DNA of 64,000 nt, from assembly GCA_001179505.1 (NCBI GenBank), contig CDMY01000482.1, positions 4,103 through 68,102 on the forward strand. The letters run 5' to 3'. Numbering within the stretch: position 1 is the stretch's first letter; each line of letters starts with the position of its first letter. The notes under the pieces are model-generated. The model did not search any database and had not been told where the DNA came from. It saw only the letters and a list, made by a program, of their open reading frames with translations. A program made the translations under genes and the position numbers. Positions 47,340 through 57,033 of this stretch are shown here, piece after piece. This DNA is from Vitrella brassicaformis CCMP3155. Its lineage: Eukaryota; Protista; Chromerida.

Positions 47340-48644
47340 TGTGTGCCTTTTGCAGCACTGAGGAGAGCCGCAACCCCAACACGAGGGGCGAGGTGATGCT
47401 GGAGGCCCTGCGGTCGTTCAACGAGGAGGACAGGTCGCCCACAGCACCATCGCCTGCAGCCAGAAGCGACACCGGCACCGACCACCGACTCAGACATGGA
47501 GTCAAGACGTCAGCCACCACATAAAGATCAGGCCTCAGTGGATGCATCAGGGGACTAGAGACACGTACGTAATGTAGCGTCTGATGTGGTGTGGTGTGGT
47601 GTGGTGTCATGTTTAGTCAGCTGAAGAGCGTGTGGGCCAAGGCGGGGAAGCGGCCCCCCTCCGCGGGCAAACTCTATGTCCGCCTCTCATGGCTGCCGCA
47701 AGCACCATGTAGGCGCACAGAACAGACACACACACAAACACTCCATCAGATGTCTGTCTGTCTGTCTGTCACTCCGTGTCTCCTCACTCACGTCATTTCA
47801 GCAGCAAGGATCACCGAGGCTGCCCGTGTTTCGATCTTCGGAGGGGTGCTGACAGCCATGCCATCTCCAACCAAACCCACACACACATCATGAGTGATGT
47901 CTCCGTGTGGGATGTGTGTGTGTGCAGGTGCCTCCCGAGCTGGACATCGACCACGAAGGCATCATCTCCCCCCAGCCGACCGACGCCGAGACACGCAAGT
48001 CCCGCTCATTCCCGGAGCTGCAGACGCTCGAGTCCTTTTTGCACGACGCATTGGGGGGCGGTCTGCTGTCCGTCACCCTCATCCGGGCCACCAACCTGCG
48101 GGCGGCCGACTTCAACGGCTTCTCTGACCCCTATGCACTGCTGACCATACTCAACGCGGGATGCGACGTCAAAGTGCAGCGAAGCAAGGTGGGAGGGAGA
48201 GACGGGGGATGCGCCCTCCGGTGAATGGGGAAATAAGTCCCTGTCTGTCTGTCTGTCTGTCTATCTGATTTGGGTGGGTGGGTGTTTGGATGCGCTGCAG
48301 ACGATCAAGAGGAATCTGAATCCCGTGTGGCGGGAGGAATTCCTTTTCGACGTCCGCACAGTCGACGACGCCAGGCTGAAGGTAAGTAGGCAACGCAGTC
48401 ACCTTGATATGTCAGTCATCTCGTTGTGTTGTGTGAGCCTGTCTGGTCGTGTGGTGTGGTGTGGTGTGCACTGCAGGTGGTGGTCAAGGACAGGGATGTT
48501 ATCGGCAAAGACGACTTCCTGGGCCAGGTGGAGGTACCCGTGCGTGAGCTGCTGGACGGCCACCACCAGGGAGACATCAGATTGGAGGAGACCAAGGGCG
48601 TCCCATCCACCCTGCAGCTGGAGGCCCACCTCACGCGCACCTAA
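42185..48644 (+). CDS. Extended-synaptotagmin/tricalbin-like protein: N-terminal domain, UIM-like motif, C2, TM hairpin, SMP-like domain, C2, C2 (many exons)
   Basis: C2 motifs SSDPYAVV...EVFDSDFGKSDDFLGQV; SSDPYVLV...SLNPQFNE...VYDKDKVGSDDLLG; FSDPYALL...LNPVWREEF...DRDVIGKDDFLGQV. Hydrophobic ALAFAVLLLLCLCGRLFPFLILPLAAALLCCVMLV. SMP start RFPHYTQVEFLNR|LLAALWP. Joins at about 43968 and 45466 are in frame. Confidence 0.85.
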
Positions 48645-49381
48645 GTGACCAATTGCTGTGGTGTGTTTGGAGGGTGGGACGGCTGTCTGTCTGGAATGAT
48701 GTGGTGTCTTTGGAGGGAGGGAGGGAGGGGGGGGATGGTGTGGGTATTTGTGCGCTGCTCTCTGCTGGTCTCTCGCGTCGTGGGTGCGTGTTCACACACA
48801 CAAACTTTTTCTGATTTGATCTGGCCAGCCACCCAGCTGTGCTCAAACTTTCTTCTGTGTCCATGTGTGCGTCTTTACGCTGGAATGCGTTGAATAAACT
48901 CGGAAGGGAAGAAGCCCCCCACTGTCCCCGCGATGTGCATTAGTTTGATGGATGGATGGATGGATGACAGGGGCGTCACTGGTGACCGACTGACGGCCCC
49001 TCCCTCCCTCCCTCCCTCCGTCTGTGTGTGTGTGTGTGTGTGTCACTCATACTTAAGGAAAGTCATACCGACGCAGAAACACCAGCCTGCGCCACGCTAC
49101 CCGACAGCACTCGTCACATATCCCATGACACCACACCAGATGGATGCATGCTGGCTCTGATCCTGTCTTGGGTATCCCTCTGTCTTTCTGTCTGTCTGTC
49201 TGTCTGTCTCTCTTGCTACAGTAAGCACGGCACTAGCAGCACACCCCCATGGCATACACACACGGTCACATACGTCCCATCCCCAGCCCGTAAACAGCGC
49301 ATCAGCACTTCTTCCTCCCTCCCTCCCTCCCTCCCTCTTTTCCTCCCTCATCAACTAAACCCACTACCTACCGCTCATGGA

Positions 49382-52300
49382 TCAGGGATCTAGCCGCCGA
49401 TAGGCCCACCCATCAGTGGCCTTGCCGTCGTCCTTGCCAATGCCTGTGCCCCTGCCCCTGCCCCTCCCCCCGCTCTCCGCATCCGTGGGCGCCGAGGGCT
49501 GTGGCGAGGGCGTTTGGTCGCTCTCGTCGGTGAACAGCAGCGCCCCCTCCGGGCACTCCACACCCGGAGGGCCCTCGTCCACGCCGCCCCTGCTGCTCGA
49601 CACCCCACCTAGCGATGAGAGGTCGTCATGCGTCACGTTGCCACCGCGCTTCCTCCCGGGGCTGGCGCCCGCGCGGGCCCTGCGCGTGAGGAAGCCCAGC
49701 CATCGTTGCGGGTCGGTGGAGTTCTCCGGGTAAGGCCCCTCCGGGTTCTTGACCAGCTGTCCGCGTGAGGGCTTCTGGCCGGGGATGGGCGGCAGCGGCG
49801 GGGGGTAGTACCCTTTGCCAGTGCTCGTGGGCTCACCGCCCACCGTCGTCACAATGCGCCGCTGCTGGGAGAGGCCGGGCGATCGCAACATATGGAACGT
49901 CGGCCCCTCGACGGCGCTGGGCGGCTGCGTGCTGACGCCATGGCGGTAAGGCCCTGTGTCGCTGGGGTGGCGCTTGGAGGAGGGCGTGCCGCCGCCGACG
50001 TGGAGGGCATATGCGTTCCAGCTGCCGCCTCGTGTGTATGCGGGGCTGCGGCCGCTGACGGATGTGCCTGCGGGGGTGCGGTCGGCTTCGGCGCCCGATG
50101 TGCGGGACGGCGTGGGGGTCTCGTCCTTGGAGGTCCGCAACGGACGGGCCTCCTTCTCTCTAGGTGGGAAACGCAGCTGAACAAGGACAGACACACACAC
50201 ACACACGCACACACACACAGAGACAGAGGGAGAGAGAGTCGAGCGACAGAAAGGGTCGCTGCGTGCTTGTGGGATGGGGGCGGGGCGTACCAGAGCTGCC
50301 TTTCGGCTGCTGTCGAACTCGTCGAGGATTTCCTCCTGGATCAGCTCCTCGATGACATCCTCGAGGGTGACAATCCCGATGAACGTGGCGTTGCGGTCCA
50401 CTGCGCGGTGGTTGGCCTGACAAACAGACAGACAGACAGACAGGGGGCACCCCACGGTCATCTGGGGGACTGTGGTGTGTCTGTCTATTGTGGATAGGCG
50501 GCTGGCGCACCGCACGCACCAGTGCACTGGCGTATTCCTCGACCAGCTCGGTGACGATGGCTATGTGCGATCGACCCTGACACACAACACATGACAACAC
50601 ATGACAACACACCACACACAGGACGGTCCGTCCGTCGGTCAGTGTGTCTGTCTTGCTGCGTGTAGTTTGTCAGCCTTAGTTACGCATTGGAACTCGTTGA
50701 GCATGTCGTAGAGGGATGCCTGCGGTGACGCCACCAGGGGGGCGTGGCACACAAACTCCGACACCAGACGCCCTGGATGAATCGATAGAATGACACACAG
50801 ACACGCACACACACGCGATACACGAAACAGGGCCAGCTGCCTGTGGATCGGATGCAATCAGTCAGTGTCGCCTCTCCCCCTGTGACGTGACGTGACGAAC
50901 CTTCCTTTGGGTCCACTGTGATGAGGCTCTTGACCAGCAGGATGCCCTGCACGTTGTTGCGCGTCCTGCACTCACCCACACGCATGTCCTGTGTGCTGTG
51001 CTGTGTGTACCGGTCGCTCTCTGAGCTCACTCGCTGTATACGAGCACTCTGGAGTGTCCCCTCTCCAACAACTCGGTCAAAACGGCAGGCGTCAGCCGGG
51101 TCTTCATCTCCTGCACGCATCACATCACATCACACACGAACAGCAGCCAGCCCCCTCCCTGTTGGTGTCCTGTCCACTCCACGTGTCTGTCGACTGACTG
51201 GCTGACTGACCAGCATGTAGATGTCTTCAAACGGCACCATCACCTCAACCACAGTCTTTGCTGCCAGATCCAGCGCACCTGCACACACAAGGTAAGGTAT
51301 ACTATACATCGCTGGCTGACCCATGTCATGAGTGGGGCTTGGCTTGGCTTGCGAGGGATTCATGGGGTGGGGACTGACCTTCAATGACGATCACTTCGTC
51401 ACGCCCGAGTACGTCGTCCATCATGATCTGGTCTGCAGTGCACAGAAAAGCCACAACCATTTCTGCCAGGATTGTGGCGTTTGATGTGTGTCTGCGCGCG
51501 TTGCGTTTGTCACCTCTGATGTCCTCCGGCGCCTGTGCGTGCGGGTCTGACTGCTTCCTCTGTGTCCCGCGGTTGTCAAGACCATGCATCCTGACACACA
51601 CACACACACACACACACACACAACACAGCGTCTTTCACCCGCCCAGCCATCCCCCCGCCCAGCCACCCACCTGATGAGGGCTTTGAGATGGGACCGTGCG
51701 TAGAATCCTTCCTCCTCTGAGTGGTCGCCCAGCAGAGTGTCGAGCAGCCGTGCGATGGGCCAGGATATGCACCAGAAGATCACCAGCATCGTCTTGACGA
51801 TCGGTGCCGTGTAGTAGGCGATTGCCAGCTGGCTGGGGCCGGTGCACAGGGCCTGGGGCAGCACCTACTCACACACACACACGAGGTAGGTGGGTGGGTG
51901 GGTGGGAATGTATGGTGAGCGGAGCGAGCCAGATGGATGGATGCCAAACTCAACTCACCTCTCCGAAGATGAGAATGGCCGTGACGGAGAGCACGACGGC
52001 CATCCAGCTTGGCACCAACGCATCGAGGAACAAGGGCAAAGCCTGCACAGATGCACCGACACACAGACAGACACACAGACAGACAGACAGACAGACAGAC
52101 AGGCAGGCAGACAGACAGGTAGGCAATTGACACATCTGTTCTCTCTCGTGTGTGTTCCTTCCGTGGGTCTCACCTCCATGCAGGTCGCGTTGGCAAGTAG
52201 GAGCGTCACCAGCACTGCACCGCACCGCCACATACGCAATCAGAGAGAGATACACACTCAAACAAACGCGCCGAGAAGGATGTGATGTGATGTGTGCCTC

Positions 52301-52887
52301 TCACGCACACAAGTGGTGGTGGTGGATCAGGGACAAGACCTTCTCAGCCCTGCAGCCAGGCAGGCACAAAACACCCACTCACGGTCCGTGTGGTGTGGAA
52401 GGAACAGGCCCGGCTCTTCTGTCTGTCTGTCTGTCTGTTGCCGCTCTGTCTGTCCTTCCCTCCCACACAGAACTGACCTCAGTTGTTCCACTTCTGTGCC
52501 CTCGGTCGACAGGATGCGCAGCCTCACGGGGTCGAGTGACATCAGCCCGGTGGTCAGACCCGACATCAGACCCGCAAACGCAACCAGCCCCACACAGATC
52601 GCCTGCAACACACAACACAGACACACACACGCGACAGGAAGCCAACAGGCATCACAACGACAACACCGAAGCCAAGCCATCTGTTGGTCACTCACGACGT
52701 AGATCCAGAACCAGCTGCTGTAGATGCTCAGTTTCTCCTGTAGCGCCGCTGTCGACCGTGCAAACAGCCCCGAAAGATACGAGAAGGACCCCTCTGAGTG
52801 GTCGTCGTCGTCGTGCGATGCCGCCAAGGTCCCCAACAGCGCCACCAGGAGGCAGAGGCCGAGCCTGGTGGAGGCATACAGGCGCAT
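49382..52887 (-). CDS. CNNM/DUF21-CBS metal transporter family protein (MAM3-like) with a signal peptide and a disordered C-terminus
   Basis: FAGLMSGLTTGLMSLD, LLVTLLLANATCME|ALPLFLD, LIFGE|VLPQALC, ALDLAAKTVVEVMVP, GHSRV, GILLVKSL, LNEFQ|GRSHIAIV, GIVTLEDVIEELIQEEILDE. Confidence 0.93.
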
Positions 52888-53050
52888 GGCAGACCGGGCC
52901 GCCATCAAGCGATGATATCGGGCGCGTGCTTCGGTTGCTCGCAAACTGTTTTAGGGAGCACCCTAGGCTGCCTGACTGCATGTAGCAGGTCCGGGGCTCT
53001 GGTGATGATGATGATGATGATTCGTCGATGAAGGGGAGAAATGCAAAGAT

Positions 53051-55261
53051 ATGACGGATAACCGACCGCTCGCCGTCCGGCTGCTGCAGACGCACACCGT
53101 CCCTGTAGTCTTCAAACTGGTGGCTTCCCCGGAAGATGTCAAGGATGGCGAGTCTGGTACAAGGAAGGGCAGGCGGAGAACGAAAAGAGTCAGATCCCTG
53201 CAGAGAAATGGGTGCGGCTTGTGAATGTATCAGTTTCTTTGCTGGTCGGTGGCAAGACTCATCGCATGGCCCCTCCGTCGCCCACGTGTGACGCCTGGCG
53301 CGTCTGTGTGGCCATCCCGCCGGGCGACCATCGGTACCAATACGTCGTGACCGACCGTCATGGCCTAGTCAAGCGCTACGAGCAGCAGATGAAAAAGGCG
53401 CGTATCATCATCGAGCGCTCCATCTCCAGCGAGCACTCAGACATCCTACTCACCGTCATGGACACTTTCGGTAGCTGCATGTGCCACTGGGCCTCCGTGA
53501 CGCCAACGCAGCAGGTGCGAAACGTGAAACACGGGAGCTGGATTTGCGTGCATCGTCTGCTTGTGCGATGTGCAGGAGTCTGAGGTTTCCTTCACATGTT
53601 CCTTCACCCCGTCGGCCCTCTTCGGCAGCTCCCAGCCCCCGCCGCCATTCACAGCCCTGCCAGACCCAGACGCCCTCCCTGCATCGCTCCCCAATGCGGC
53701 CACCATCCACACAAACTTCCGCAATGCCGTCACGCTGCAGTTCGGTGCTGGTGCGTGCCATCTGACGAAGCGGCTGGCCATCGGCATTGCTTGCGGCACA
53801 ATCAATGAAGGTGCAGCGCGCAGTCTCATCGAGCAGGGGGCCAACATCAAGGGCGGCGTCAAGGAGTCGCATGGAGGCGACCTCAGCCTGGTGGGGCTGG
53901 TGGTCGCATACCACACCGGCTCATCGGCTGGCAAGGTGCTCCGGGCACTCCTCGACGCCGGGGCGCAGATCGACGAGAGCCCCGACGACGCGGAGCACAG
54001 GAGTTTGCGGGTCGCAATCAGAGAGGGGCGGTGGGCGCTGCTGGAGATCCTGCTCGAGCCGCAGTACAAGGCGGCCGTCAACGGCATGCAGCTGCTGTCG
54101 GAGCTGGGCGTAGAGGGCAAAGGTGGCAGAGAGAAGGGCCTGCCGCCGGCTGCCCATCTGCGCATCGTCAAGAAGATCGCCGAGCGCGACCCCTCTGTCC
54201 TCACAGAAGTGGACAGCAACGGCAAGCAGCCCATCCACCGCTACTGTGAGCACCCCCTCACCAGCGCCAAGTGCCAGCAGCGGCTCATCGACTACTTTGT
54301 CAAGGTGTGTGGGCATGACATCGTCAACGCACCAGACAGTGACGGCAGGCGGCCGCTGTGGGCCGCGTATTTCTCGACGCACCTCAGCCGCACGGGCCGC
54401 AAAGAGACCATCCACCGCCTCTACCACTTCGGTGCAGCGAAGCACATCAACACGCCCGACAGCAGCCAGCGCACTCTGCTGTGGGACCTGGCGCGTGAGA
54501 TGACTGACGACGAAGAATATGAGCCTTCGGATGCCGTGCGGGTCGAGCCCGATCTCCTCGACTTGCTCACGCACGGTGCCTCGCTGACGGCTGCCGGCGT
54601 GACCCCACAGAGAGCCATCAGAGAGGCCAAGGATGAGCAGCGGCGTCAGCAGCGTGAGACCTGCGACCGCTGCGAGAGTTTGGAGGGAAGGCTCTTTGAC
54701 TTGGGCTACGAGTACTGGGACAGCGATGACGAGGAGGAGGTGGACGACGCAGACTGGCCCATGAGGAGGATCGTGAAGGCATACGGCACGCTGCTGAACC
54801 GCAAGATCCCTCGCCGGTCCATCCGTGCCATCAACACCGCTCTGCAGCCCAGCCGCTCCATTGTGGCCTCGCTAGCCCAACCCATACCCATCAGCGAGAC
54901 GACACACGTCACGCTGCCTCCCGAGATTCAGACGACGATCGCCTCCCTGCTGACCCCCTCCCCCTCCCTCCCCATCGGCGAGAACCCATTCGGCACACGC
55001 ATCAACCGGGCCATGCAACAATACGTGACGGCCGCCAGCCGCAGCATCATCCAGCACGGCAACGTCCATGTGGTGGGCGGGCCGGGCCAGCCACCGCTGC
55101 GCCCCTTCGCCATCGGCGGGGAGACGGGCCGCCGCATGGGCATCTGCGAGGTGATCTTTCGTGTCGTTCGGATGGAAACGCTGCGGTGGGGCATCAACCT
55201 GACGCTCAAGCACGGGATGGACAATGACGAGCAGATCATCAGGACCATGCGGGTGGCGTAA
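53051..55261 (+). CDS. CBM20/48-like + ankyrin-like + F-box-like family protein (copy C); first exon tentative
   Basis: Putative exons 53051-53156, 53204-53514 (DAWRVCVAIPPGDHRYQYVVTDRHG) and 53576-55261. The phase-0 intron 53515-53575 is mirrored in copy B. Confidence 0.8.
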
Positions 55262-55874
55262 CTTGGCTCTGCCTGCCGTGCTATGGGACGAGACGGCCGG
55301 GATGGGTGGGATGCATAGGGTGGGATGCACACGGTGTAGTGGCGGGAAGGGAAGATGTGTCTGATCTCTGTGGCCATGCCGATCGGAGGGTTGGCGGGCG
55401 AGCGATGGCGGTTGGATAGTCATGTGAGCCGCAGCGACGAAGACAGTTGATGGGGACTGTTAGGACTGTGTGGCTTAGCCTTGCCTTGCCGTGCAATTGA
55501 CGGCACCTAGATAAAGGAGTGAACGTCCTATTGTAGACCACCAGGCAGCTCAAGTTGGAGTATCAGCAGTAGCTCGGGGTAGCGAGTAGGAATGTGAGGA
55601 AGCCGGAAGAAGCATTCAGTGACGACGGAGGTCTCATGGACACGCAAGCTTGGGCTGGAACTCATGTCTCGTGGATCTCGCCCGTATAACTCAGTCTCCG
55701 CTCTAACTTCTCATCACCGGCAGGAACCTTCAATGAGCTTAGCTTACTACGATACGATGTGCACCGCATTAGCTGAATGGATCTGATCTCCACATGTGAG
55801 ATCTTTGAGTCCGTTGCTACCTCTTCATTCACCTCCCTCCGCATCTGCCGGCCTGGCGACGCGAGGGCGCTGCG

Positions 55875-56997
55875 ATGCTTCGGCTGATCTTCTCTGTTGT
55901 TGTCCTCCCTGTGTGGTCATGGCTGGTCATCGAGAGCGGCGTGTTGGCCTACAGAATGGAGCCAGACGGTGAGTGAGTCACGCGTGCTCACGAGAGAGGG
56001 AGAGCGAGGGCAGAGAAGCAGGGTCACACACACGCAAACCAAGCGCCCCTTCTGTGTGTTGGGCTCTGTGTGAGTGATGGCGCTCTGTGTGTGTCATGCA
56101 GATGGCGAGTGCATTCGGAACGGCCGGAGGTCAGCTGCGTGCGCGGCGGCGAACAACGTCACAGTGGCCCCGCCGCCCGGCGCCTCGTGCTATGAGTGGA
56201 ACTACGACTACATGGGCAACAACCTGACCGATCCCGTCACCGTCAGCACCATCGGCATGGTCGACCAGATCAGCGAGGCGCCCAACGCCACACTCGACAT
56301 CAACGCCCTCGGCCACATGGTGGCGCGCCCATAGTAAGCACGTTCGCACAGGCATACCGAAACCTTTTCGTGAGTGAGTGATTGCATCAATCGCACCTAC
56401 GACACGACCTGTCTGTGTCTGTGTGTGTCACGTGTGGCTGACTGGCTGGCAGCGACTGCCAGCGCGGATGTCAGAGTTATGATGGTTGCGAGGCGTGGAC
56501 CTTCTCGAAGGTGGAGGGGTGTTACCTCAAGTCGTCGGCAGCGGGGCGGCGGTATGTGCCGGAGGACAACAGCGAGACCACCAGCAACTGGTATGTGAGC
56601 GGCGCCAAGTACTCGACTGACTGCGACGGTACACTCACTGCAGACAGACAGACATGATGACATACATCTCCGCGAGCTCATTATCTGCTGCCTGCCTGGG
56701 TGGGTGTCTGTCTGTCTGTCTGCCTGTCTGTCTGTCTGTCTGCCTGTCTGTCTGTTCCTTTGTTTGACGCATATCTAAAGGTGGTCTCGTGAGTCCTTGC
56801 TACGAGTATAACGTGAGTCCTCTCTGCCATCCCCCACCCGTCACTCTCTCATTTGGTGTGTCTTGTCGTGTGGTGTGCTATGCGTGTGACTGACTGTGTT
56901 TGCAGGTGGCGTGCATCCTGAGCGCCCCCCGGTCCCACTTCCCTGACGGCCGGGAGTCGACCACCATCCACGAGTGCCACGAGGTAGGCACCACACA

Positions 56998-57033
<36 letters not shown>

